Virus record (IMG/VR): IMGVR_UViG_3300030606_000035
Coordinates: 1 to 31,924 of that record
Strand: one strand, 5' to 3'
From: a virus
Lineage: Duplodnaviria; Caudoviricetes
DNA: 31,924 nt
The notes beneath the pieces were generated by a model. The model was not told where the DNA came from. It worked only from the letters and a program-made list of their open reading frames with translations, and ran no database searches. Position numbers and translations under genes: made by a program. Within the stretch, counting starts at the first letter, position 1; each line of letters begins with the position of its first letter. Positions 7,500 to 15,038 of the stretch are shown in pieces.

Positions 7500-7945
7500 C
7501 TTTGGGACCCCCGTCTGGACGGGGCTGGACGATGGTTCTTCAGGGGTGGGAGGTTATTGGTACAGGGCACCCGGGCGTTCCGATACGTTTGTCAAGCCTC
7601 GGTTCATTGGGCTTTAGCCGGAAACTCGTGCGGTTGCGTCGCCGCTGGGGTTGGCCGGTCCTACCAAACCTTCCCTGCCGAGCCCCGCCGGGTGCGCCCG
7701 GGGCTCCGATCTTTCCGGTCTGAGTTACCAGCCTTCGACGCGCCTGGTCTCACTTCGCGGCCATTCTGGTCCCGGTGTTTGCCGGGTGGCGGTCGGGAAT
7801 GGCGTCCGACTGCTGGGATGTCGGGGCTGGCGAGGCCAACAGCCCCAGCGCAAAAAAAGTGCCCGCAGGGCCGAGCAGCCGCGGGCGGTGAAACGGTTGC
7901 TCCTATGGGGAGCGGATGAGAGCGGTCGGTTGCTCGGCCAACCTA
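7500..7945 (-). ncRNA. Candidate large structured non-coding RNA (or ssDNA structure)
   Basis: No credible ORF; nested helices, including the long-range pair 7834-7850 with 7643-7656 that encloses several hairpins; promoter-like element and terminator at the 5' end. Confidence 0.5.
7852..7886 (-). terminator. Intrinsic terminator / attenuator
   Basis: Minus strand GCCCGC-GGCTGCTCGGCCCT-GCGGGC-AC-TTTTTTT. Confidence 0.75.
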
Positions 7946-7969
7946 CTGCCTACTGTCGGCTGGAGTCAA
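7940..7969 (-). promoter_or_regulatory. Putative sigma70 promoter
   Basis: TTGACT-18 bp-TAGGTT. Confidence 0.45.
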
Positions 7970-8072
7970 GCGGACTCTTGAGGAAATTCTGGGGCGACTC
8001 TCGTTTCACGTGAAACCAGCCGGTTGCGTTGGTGCCTACCGCCAGGCCATCGCTAGGTATGCGCCCTCGCCT

Positions 8073-8240
8073 TCAAGGGTCACTGATTGGCCGGGACGGA
8101 TGAACATCGGGTTGGATGTCTTGGACGATCTCTTTGAGCAGTTTGGCGTCGAGCCCGAGTCCGAATCGCTGGGCTGCTCGGCGCGCCGTGTGCCGGAGCT
8201 GGGCGGCGGATTTGGTGAGGTGGCGGCGTCTCGCCTTCAC
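8073..8240 (-). CDS. Small hypothetical protein, possibly a truncated remnant
   Basis: GTGA coupling to the methyltransferase stop; MKARRRHLTKSAAQLRHTARRAAQRFGLGLDAKLLKEIVQDIQ... Confidence 0.4.
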   Translation of the reverse strand: MKARRRHLTKSAAQLRHTARRAAQRFGLGLDAKLLKEIVQDIQPDVHPSRPISDP

Positions 8241-9373
8241 GCGATTAGCTCCAGTTGGTTCCCGCGCAGCCGCTCGTTCGCCAGGTCGATGTACTCCGGG
8301 TTCAGTTCGAGTCCGACGCAGTTGCGTCCCAGTCGTTGCGCGACCGTCGCCGTCGTGCCGCTGCCGATGAACGGGTCGAGCACCGTTCCGCCCTTAGGAC
8401 AGCCGGCCAGGATGCAGGGTTCGATCAGCTTGGGCGGGAAGGTAGCGAAGTGGGCCTTTTTGTAGGACCTCGTCGGCACCGTCCAGACAGAGCGACGGTT
8501 TCGCTTCTCATACACTGGCCGTTCATAAGTGCGAGATTGGTAGGTTGGCGGACGCCGTTCACCTTGCATCAGCAGCTCAACGGACGTTCGCGGCTCTTTT
8601 CCGACGCCCCATCCGCTGGGCACAACGATTTTCTTTTGCGGCCCAAAGGATGCGCCGCCGGATACGCCGGACGCTGGCTCCGCCACCGCCTCGGCGTCGT
8701 AGTAGTATCGCTCCGACTTGCTTAGCAGGAAGATGTACTCGTGCGCTTTTGTGCAGCGGTCCTTCACGCTCTCTGGCATGGCGTTGGGCTTGTGCCAGAT
8801 GATGTCCTGCCGCAGGTACCAGCCGTCAGAACGGAGGGCGAAGGCCAACATCCAGGGGATGCCGACGAGGTCCTTGGGCTTGAGCCCCGTGCGCCTTTTC
8901 TCGCGGCCGACACGCTTACGGTCGGCATCGCCGAGATAGGATTGCTTGCCTCCCGTCTCTCCGCCCAACTTCCCATCATTCGCGTAGCTGTCGCCGATGT
9001 TCAGCCACAGCGTGCCGTCGTGGCGCAGTACGCGGCGGACCTCGGCGAACACCGCGACCATCTTATCCACATACTCCGCCGGCGTGTCCTCCAACCCCAT
9101 CTGCTGATCGATGCGCGACGCTCCGCACTTGCCGCATGTTTCGCCGTAGACCGACTGCCCGGTAAAGCTGCGATCGGCGCGTTGGCCATTGCGCCCTTGC
9201 ACGCCGTGATTGCGCACATGATCGCAGGAGGCCTCGCCACCTTCCCATCGCCCGGTGCCATAGTCGCGCAGGGCCCAATATGGCGGGCTGGTCACACAGC
9301 AATGGGCGCTGGCCGGCTCCAGTGTGCGTAGCACCGTCAGTGCGTCGCCTTGATGGATGTCGACTTGGGTCAA
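8237..9373 (-). CDS. DNA N4-cytosine/N6-adenine methyltransferase (beta class), orphan
   Basis: Motif IV TSPPYW precedes motif I VLDPFIGSGTT; HFATFP; Cys-containing insert (CDH...CGKCG); likely TTG start after GGAG/GAGG. Confidence 0.93.
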   Translation of the reverse strand: MTQVDIHQGDALTVLRTLEPASAHCCVTSPPYWALRDYGTGRWEGGEASCDHVRNHGVQGRNGQRADRSFTGQSVYGETCGKCGASRIDQQMGLEDTPAEYVDKMVAVFAEVRRVLRHDGTLWLNIGDSYANDGKLGGETGGKQSYLGDADRKRVGREKRRTGLKPKDLVGIPWMLAFALRSDGWYLRQDIIWHKPNAMPESVKDRCTKAHEYIFLLSKSERYYYDAEAVAEPASGVSGGASFGPQKKIVVPSGWGVGKEPRTSVELLMQGERRPPTYQSRTYERPVYEKRNRRSVWTVPTRSYKKAHFATFPPKLIEPCILAGCPKGGTVLDPFIGSGTTATVAQRLGRNCVGLELNPEYIDLANERLRGNQLELIA

Positions 9374-9378
9374 ACGCC

Positions 9379-9498
9379 TCAGTCTCCTGTCGCGAGCAAC
9401 TCTTTCTCGTACGAGATCAGCCGCGAGTCGTAGCGTTCCCAGTCCGCCCACATTTCGGCCAAACGCTCGGCCGCGATCTCGGCGAGAATGCTCTTCAC
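9379..9498 (-). CDS. Small hypothetical protein (39 aa)
   Basis: Not in the ORF track: MKSILAEIAAERLAEMWADWERYDSRLISYEKELLATGD; GTGA-coupled; fills the gap exactly. Confidence 0.5.
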   Translation of the reverse strand: MKSILAEIAAERLAEMWADWERYDSRLISYEKELLATGD

Positions 9499-9959
9499 TT
9501 CGGCCATAGGTAGAGGAAATCCAAATCGGACGACGACGCGAACTTGAACTTGGCTCTGGTCAAGAAGCTCTTGATCTTCGCCTTGCGGTTAACGCGGGCT
9601 CGGTTCTCCGTGGGCAGTTTGCACCGCATGGCCTCGCCCTTCTTCATGGCGCGTAAGCGCTCGAGCATGGCGACCACATCCGGGTCTGCGGCGTGGACGT
9701 ATCCGGCCGGCACAGATTCCCGAGAGACGATCTCGAAAGCCGCCTGGGCCTCGGAGGCCGGCTTCTCCGTCTCTGTGGCGCCGATCAGCGCGTCGGGGTC
9801 GAATTGCTTCGGCGCCGGCTCGGCGGCCTGACGCTTCGCGGTACAGTCGTGCCCGCGGATGCAGCGCTTGCAGAGTAGGTGCTTGTCTTTCGGGCAGTAG
9901 TCGAGCTGAACCAGCGAGAACACGTTCCCGCAATCGTGGCACTTCTGGGTGGTCGGCAT
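9495..9959 (-). CDS. Zn-finger-containing hypothetical protein
   Basis: CHDC...CPKD..LCKRC...HDC N-terminus; GAGGA RBS. Confidence 0.7.
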   Translation of the reverse strand: MPTTQKCHDCGNVFSLVQLDYCPKDKHLLCKRCIRGHDCTAKRQAAEPAPKQFDPDALIGATETEKPASEAQAAFEIVSRESVPAGYVHAADPDVVAMLERLRAMKKGEAMRCKLPTENRARVNRKAKIKSFLTRAKFKFASSSDLDFLYLWPK

Positions 9960-9969
9960 GGCAATCCTC

Positions 9970-11373
9970 TCAGAACGGAAGGTCTTCCGCGGCCTGTGGA
10001 ATCGGAGCGATCTCTCCTTCCGGGACCGGGTCTTCGGCAACGGCCGCATCGTCCTCGAACGAGAACGTCGGCTGGTTGAATCTCAACGTGAACGCCGGCG
10101 TCGGGCCGTCCTTGTTCTTGGCTACGATGACGTCGAGGTCAACGGTCTTTATCATGCGCTCGCTGTATCGGTCCGATATGAGCCGGTGCAGCAGGATCAC
10201 GACGTCGGCGTCCTGCTCCATGTTGCCGGACTCTCGCAGGTCGGACAGCTTCGGCGGGCCCTCTGTCTTCTTATTTCGATCCGGGCGAAGCAGTTGCGCG
10301 GCGGCCGTGACCTGAACGTCGTTGTCGAGCGCGAGCCGAGCCAAGCCGCGGCTGATCTTCCCGATCTCGAGGTCTCGGGTCTGCGTCTTGCCGACGTACT
10401 GCACGATCTGGAGGTAGTCGACGAGGACCATGCGGACGCCGCGGCGACGGATGTAGAGCCGCGACAGAGAGAGAATGTCTTGCAGCGTCGTGTGCTTTTC
10501 GCTGAGGTAGATGTTGCTGGCACCGGGGCTTCCGCGAACGACGTCGACCGCGAAGCGCCGATCCTCGGGCGATGCGTTGCGCCGGAGAAATCCGGTGGTC
10601 ATGTTCGCAAGGTTGGAGGCGAATCGCTGCGCGGTGCGTTTCTCGCCGGCCTCGAGGATGAAGAACAGGACCGGGATCCCGGCAGCGCCAGCCTGCTTCG
10701 CTAGGTGGAGAAGAAACGAACTCTTTCCAACCCTCGGACGCGCCCCGACGATCACGAAGCTCGGACGCTCGAATCCGCCGAGCGAGTCGTCGAGCGCCGT
10801 GATGCCGGTCAGGATCGAGTCGCTACGGGTCCGCTCCCACCACTGCGGAAGGTCGTCGGCGATCTCAGCCAACGTCCGCGGTTCGGAGTTGATCTTCGTG
10901 CTGGCTCCGTCGAGCTGTGGTGCGTACTCGGCCACGAGGTCCACGGCGTTGGCCATTGGACTGAACGCCTGCTCAACAAGCTGTGACGCGATGCGGATGA
11001 TGGAGCGCTTCTGGTAGGCTTCCCACACCAGACGGGCGTAGTAGGTTGCGTTGCTCCACTCGGAGAAGCTCTCGGCAAGCTGGATCATGTAATCCTGACC
11101 GCCGACGTATTCAAGGAGTTCGCGGCGACGGAGTTCGTCGCAGACGATGATTATGTCGATGGCCTTCCCGGCCTCGCGCAAATCGCACAAGACCTCAAAC
11201 AACTTCTGGTGCGCGGGGACGTAGAACGCCGCCGAATCCGAGATTACCTGTGCAACCTCGTCGATCGCATCGGCGCTCATCATCATCGAGCCGATCGCGG
11301 CCATCTCCGCGTCGAGGTCCTGCGGCGGGACGCGCTCATTTGTTCGCGGCGGTTCTGTTTTCGTCGCAGCCAT
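9970..11373 (-). CDS. dnaB: Replicative DNA helicase, DnaB family
   Basis: N-terminal PPQDLDAEMAAIGS; Walker A GARPRVGKS; VDYLQ; LSDLRESGNMEQDADVV; KNKDGP. Confidence 0.96.
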   Translation of the reverse strand: MAATKTEPPRTNERVPPQDLDAEMAAIGSMMMSADAIDEVAQVISDSAAFYVPAHQKLFEVLCDLREAGKAIDIIIVCDELRRRELLEYVGGQDYMIQLAESFSEWSNATYYARLVWEAYQKRSIIRIASQLVEQAFSPMANAVDLVAEYAPQLDGASTKINSEPRTLAEIADDLPQWWERTRSDSILTGITALDDSLGGFERPSFVIVGARPRVGKSSFLLHLAKQAGAAGIPVLFFILEAGEKRTAQRFASNLANMTTGFLRRNASPEDRRFAVDVVRGSPGASNIYLSEKHTTLQDILSLSRLYIRRRGVRMVLVDYLQIVQYVGKTQTRDLEIGKISRGLARLALDNDVQVTAAAQLLRPDRNKKTEGPPKLSDLRESGNMEQDADVVILLHRLISDRYSERMIKTVDLDVIVAKNKDGPTPAFTLRFNQPTFSFEDDAAVAEDPVPEGEIAPIPQAAEDLPF

Positions 11374-11581
11374 CCGTGGCCCCTTCCTTGTACTGATCCA
11401 TGATCTCTTCTGCCCTGTCGATGATCTCTTCGCGCAGAATCGTCACGTCCTTCGGGCACTCGAACCCGAGCACGACCTGCGTGCTTTGGTGATTCATCCG
11501 CAGCGGACGAACCCGTGCGATGACCTCGCCGTCCTTGATGAGCACGATGGACTTCCCCCAGGCCCGACTCAGTGCCAGCAT
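11336..11581 (-). CDS. csrA: CsrA/RsmA-family RNA-binding protein
   Basis: MLALSRAWGKSIVL...QVVLGFECPKDVTILREEI matches the CsrA pattern MLvLsRk.gesI.I...V.lG.eAP.dv.i.ReE. Confidence 0.85.
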   Translation of the reverse strand: MLALSRAWGKSIVLIKDGEVIARVRPLRMNHQSTQVVLGFECPKDVTILREEIIDRAEEIMDQYKEGATDGCDENRTAANK

Positions 11582-11595
11582 TTAGCGCTCCTCCT

Positions 11596-11853
11596 TCAAA
11601 TCTGGTACTCAGACTCAGGCTCGCGAACCGGAAGCATCGAATCGCTGAGCTTCATCAAAACGGTCTCGATCTCCTTGCGCACGACGTTAAACGTCGGGCC
11701 GTGGATCGGCCGTTCGTCGACGGCCTTCTCGTACGTCGTGAACCGCCATTGGCAGTCCAGGCACGCGCGACGACGGCGAATCTGGAGGCCGTCTTTAGAC
11801 TCGCGAGAGTCGATCACGTTCGTGTTGTCAGAGCCGCACGATTGGCACCGCAT
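11596..11853 (-). CDS. NrdR-like N-terminal Zn-ribbon protein (no ATP cone)
   Basis: [17 protein letters not shown]...[18 protein letters not shown] is the NrdR N-domain signature; only 85 aa. Confidence 0.85.
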   Translation of the reverse strand: MRCQSCGSDNTNVIDSRESKDGLQIRRRRACLDCQWRFTTYEKAVDERPIHGPTFNVVRKEIETVLMKLSDSMLPVREPESEYQI

Positions 11854-11868
11854 GTTTGGCGCTCCCCT

Positions 11869-12126
11869 TCAGTAACCGAGCGGCCTTCTCGGATCGGCGT
11901 GCTTTACCGGCTCGGGATCGCCATTCCCCGAGAAACACACCTTGGTGTGAAGCACAATGTCCGGCTCGACGAGCAGTTGATCCTCGACGTACGACACTTG
12001 ATGGAACGCCATCAATCGTCCTACGACAAACACACGAAAGGACTCATCCGTCAAGTCGAGAACATCGGCATTTCCCCACTTGCCTTCAGGGTCTAAGGCT
12101 CTAACGAAGACTTGTCCTCGTTTCAT
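11869..12126 (-). CDS. Hypothetical protein
   Basis: GGAGGAG RBS; ATGA coupling to the rep gene; 85 aa. Confidence 0.7.
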   Translation of the reverse strand: MKRGQVFVRALDPEGKWGNADVLDLTDESFRVFVVGRLMAFHQVSYVEDQLLVEPDIVLHTKVCFSGNGDPEPVKHADPRRPLGY

Positions 12127-12962
12127 CGCTCCTCCTTCGGCCAAAGGCGGTTCGCTTCCGCCTGCCAGGCCGCTACGGGGTTATCCAGGCCGGCCCCGGC
12201 CTTTTCCTTGGCGAGATTCACGGCCAATGCCGCTTGCTTGAGCCGATCTTCGAGGCGCCAGATTCTACGGGCGACGGCGCCGATCGGTCTTCGCTGGGTG
12301 GTGCGCTGGTTGGAACTGAGCTTCAAAGCGTTAAGGACAGCGACCGTCACTCGGTCGGTAAACGCTTCAAGAGTCTTTGGGGCACTATCCGGTCCGACCA
12401 AAGAATTTGAGCCGGTCCGGCCGCTATCGGATCGGATCGGTTTATTACTACTGGGTCGGACCGGATCGGTAGAGTAGAGTAGAGGAGATGTTGAGCGCGT
12501 CGTTTGCGCGTCGTTTGCGCGTCGGTTTTTTTCTCTCCACTCCTGACACCGTTCCACATTGCTCTTGGGGAAGTTGAACTCCCTGAACTTAGGGAGCGAA
12601 ATCCCCGTTTTTGAGGTTTCTACGCGGGCCCAACCCACTTTTTCCATCGCCGACCCCAGGCCATTCAGGCCTCCAATGTCGTCCAAATCAGAGAGTGAAC
12701 TGTGTTCCAACCAGAGGTCGTCGCCAACCAAATCCCCGTGATTTCGAGCGCTCGACCACAGCCGAAAGAGCGCAGCAAACGCGTCGTTGCGGCTCACGAG
12801 CGCTTCGTGAGCGATTTTCGAGCGCTCGCGAGCGCTCGGTCGCGCGTCGGTCGCGCGTCGGTCGCGCGTCGGTCGCGCGTCGCGAACCAACCGGTGAATG
12901 GCAATCACCTTTGGATGGTCGATCAGGTCGCAACGCATCTTGATCCACGGCATGGTGTTCAT
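12123..12962 (-). CDS. Phage replication initiator (replisome organiser-like)
   Basis: N-terminal WIKMRCDLIDHPKV, LFRLWSSA and LPKFREFN...ERCQEWRE motifs; internal iteron arrays; upstream of dnaB. Confidence 0.8.
   Translation of the reverse strand: MNTMPWIKMRCDLIDHPKVIAIHRLVRDARPTRDRRATDARPSARERSKIAHEALVSRNDAFAALFRLWSSARNHGDLVGDDLWLEHSSLSDLDDIGGLNGLGSAMEKVGWARVETSKTGISLPKFREFNFPKSNVERCQEWREKNRRANDAQTTRSTSPLLYSTDPVRPSSNKPIRSDSGRTGSNSLVGPDSAPKTLEAFTDRVTVAVLNALKLSSNQRTTQRRPIGAVARRIWRLEDRLKQAALAVNLAKEKAGAGLDNPVAAWQAEANRLWPKEER
12389..12528. repeat. Probable origin repeats inside rep
   Basis: GCGCGTCGTTT x2 plus GCGCGTCGGTTT (12495-12528); GTAGA x3; CCGGTCCG/CGGATCGG repeats. Confidence 0.7.
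12836..12879. repeat. 11-bp tandem repeat x4 (iteron-like)
   Basis: TCGGTCGCGCG x4, perfect. Confidence 0.9.
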
Positions 12963-12965
12963 CTC

Positions 12966-13007
12966 AAAAAAGAGCCCCGGCGGGTCCTGACCGAGAATCG
13001 CCGGGGC
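12966..13007 (-). terminator. Leader terminator/attenuator just before rep
   Basis: Minus strand GCCCCGGCG-loop-CGCCGGGGC-TCTTTTTT. Confidence 0.8.
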
Positions 13008-13230
13008 AGAGGGTTCCGGACGAGCCGGACCTTCGCTAATCAATCTATGAGTGCGGGGTCGGTCAGGACCTTGATGATCCACCTATCGGCTGACTCGCCG
13101 CCGACCTTGAGTCAGCTTTTCAAAATGCCCCTTCGCGGCTTTCCAGTCCGGGGCCGGGACCGGCTGGACAGTAGGCCGAACGCTCACCGGCCAAGAGCCG
13201 CGATGCTTCCGGCACAGCGTTCAGCGGCGC

Positions 13231-13275
13231 AAAACTCAAAAACCGAGCCCGCGCGGTCGGAGCAGCGGGCCCGGT
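13231..13275 (-). terminator. First leader terminator/attenuator
   Basis: Minus strand ACCGGGCCCGC-TGCTCCGACCGC-GCGGGCTCGGT-TTTTGAGTTTT (G-U pair on this strand). Confidence 0.7.
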
Positions 13276-13418
13276 CCGGGTAATCCGTCCCAGACGGGAT
13301 GGGACGGAGGGGAAGTCTGTGTCCAACGACCATCCGGCGTCACCAGCACGCCTTCGCCAAAATTGCGGTTTCGGGGGCGAAAACTGCCTGGAGCTGTCCT
13401 TGCTCCAGCACGGGGCTG

Positions 13419-13448
13419 ACCATACGATAACTTCACGCTCGTTGTCAA
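13419..13448 (-). promoter_or_regulatory. Putative sigma70 promoter of the replication operon
   Basis: TTGACA-18 bp-TATGGT at the strand-switch point. Confidence 0.6.
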
Positions 13449-13477
13449 GCTCTTTTTTCCGAAAGAAAGGGAAGATC

Positions 13478-13597
13478 GTGTTCATCGACCTGTTGATCCG
13501 GTTGCTGCTGCTGATCGTCGGTTCTACTCCGGCGCCGGCGGCGACGAATCTACCGCCGGTGGCGCCGCCGTGCATCGCGTGCCCGATTGGACCCTGA
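13478..13597 (+). CDS. Small hydrophobic/secreted-like peptide (39 aa)
   Basis: MFIDLLIRLLLLIVGSTPAPAATNLPPVAPPCIACPIGP; purine-rich RBS; its stop runs into the next gene's AAGGAG. Confidence 0.45.
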   Translation: MFIDLLIRLLLLIVGSTPAPAATNLPPVAPPCIACPIGP

Positions 13598-13610
13598 AGG
13601 AGCTTGCGTA

Positions 13611-15038
13611 ATGGCGTGGTGGCGAGACGAACAGCGGTGTTGCTGGACCAACGGCAAGGATGTCCTCACCGACCAGGACGTGTACAGTCGCGGATCGCTC
13701 GACGAGGTACGGGTGCTTCTATATTCGCGCAATTTGCCGCCCGATTTGTGCCTACATCTTGAGCGCAAGATGTTCTCGCGGGCCTGCAAGGAAGAGTTGC
13801 TCAGGGGCTTTGGTTGGAAGCGCTCCGGCGGCCGTTACGGGTGGGAGAAGCGAGACGGCTGGGTCTCTTTCGAGTTCGTGCGATGGGAGAGCCTCGAGTC
13901 GCTTGGGAAATTCCTCTGTCGCACACAACGTGAATGGCACCGTCGCGACTCCTTGAAAGCGCGCGGAGACGTGTCGTTGCCGATGCCGCCCGAGAGCCTG
14001 CGATGGGAAGGCGCGGGGGTGTACATGGTCACGAAGGATGGCGTTCCGTGGCACTACGGGACTTTTGATTGGCACTACGGGACTTTTGATCACCTCGTCG
14101 TTGACCATGAAGAACTGCTGCGCGAGATCGGGAAGAGCCTTGAATCCATATACTACGCCGGGCCGCTGAGTTGGACATTCGAGAGGTGCACTCCTGAATT
14201 GCGGGCCGAGTACAACAAGTTCCATTGTGATCTCCGCGCCTACGTCGAGGCCCACAAGCCGGAGCGCGAAGGCGTTTTAGAACTCCCAGCCCCGCCCGAG
14301 GAGCTCTGGTGGGAAGGGCGGCTGCTAAAGTTGGCCGCTGATGCGCCGCTATACTTAACGTTGCATCCGCTCAAGATGATCCAGCCCGAGGAGTTGTTGC
14401 GGGCGTACACGGATGCAACCGACAAACTCACATGGGGTGATTCAGATGCCACGGTGCGCTTCATGGGGGCCCTCAACGCCTACGTGTTGAGCCGCGGAGC
14501 AGTCTCGGACCTCACCGACAAGATGTCTCGGGATTTCGTGGAGCGAGTGAACCGCCGGCAAGCTGTGGCTGCTCGTGACGCAATGCAGGATTGGTACGGA
14601 GGTGGAGCCGCAGCGGCCGGACTATCGGGGCTGAGCTATAGCCTTGGCTTATGGAACACGTTCGTGGTAGACAGAAAAGGGCTCGCGCCGTCCCCGATCG
14701 ACAAGATCAATGAGGCGGTCCACAAGGAAGGGATGGCAAGGGCGTCCCGGGTCGAGCAGTACGTCAAGTCTTGGATGGAAACGAACGGCGTGATTCGGCC
14801 CAAGGACAAAGCCGTTATGCTGTACCAAGATGGCGAGTTCTTGGGCATTCAGGTCACGCGACACTCCTCGCGCACGCGCCGCTTCTTCCGCTGGCTGTTG
14901 CGTCGTAACAAGCCGCCGAAGCCGTTCCTTCAGAAAAACCCGGAGAGCCTGCGGGCCGCGTTCACCGAATGGATCGAGCGGCCGTGCACGAAGCAGGAGT
15001 TTCTGAACCCGCCGTGGTGGAGGAGGTTGTTGCGATGA
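13611..15038 (+). CDS. Large Trp-rich hypothetical protein with internal repeats
   Basis: AAGGAG RBS; 475 aa; repeated LP.PPE.L.WEG module; no family recognised. Confidence 0.75.
   Translation: MAWWRDEQRCCWTNGKDVLTDQDVYSRGSLDEVRVLLYSRNLPPDLCLHLERKMFSRACKEELLRGFGWKRSGGRYGWEKRDGWVSFEFVRWESLESLGKFLCRTQREWHRRDSLKARGDVSLPMPPESLRWEGAGVYMVTKDGVPWHYGTFDWHYGTFDHLVVDHEELLREIGKSLESIYYAGPLSWTFERCTPELRAEYNKFHCDLRAYVEAHKPEREGVLELPAPPEELWWEGRLLKLAADAPLYLTLHPLKMIQPEELLRAYTDATDKLTWGDSDATVRFMGALNAYVLSRGAVSDLTDKMSRDFVERVNRRQAVAARDAMQDWYGGGAAAAGLSGLSYSLGLWNTFVVDRKGLAPSPIDKINEAVHKEGMARASRVEQYVKSWMETNGVIRPKDKAVMLYQDGEFLGIQVTRHSSRTRRFFRWLLRRNKPPKPFLQKNPESLRAAFTEWIERPCTKQEFLNPPWWRRLLR

Noticed and set aside
7252-8013. 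ORFs 7281-7919, 7274-7570, 7651-8013
   Set aside because: Arg/Gly/Pro-rich translations typical of non-coding GC-rich DNA; no convincing RBS or motifs.
8237-9373. Restriction-modification system
   Set aside because: No adjacent endonuclease recognisable; orphan methyltransferases of this type are common in phages.
12963-13420. CsrB/RsmZ-like sponge RNA based on many GGA triplets
   Set aside because: The GGA count looks close to chance for this GC content; only one site has clear loop geometry.
14049-14090. Diversity-generating retroelement TR/VR pair
   Set aside because: Perfect adjacent tandem copy with no adenine-specific differences, and no reverse transcriptase in the window.
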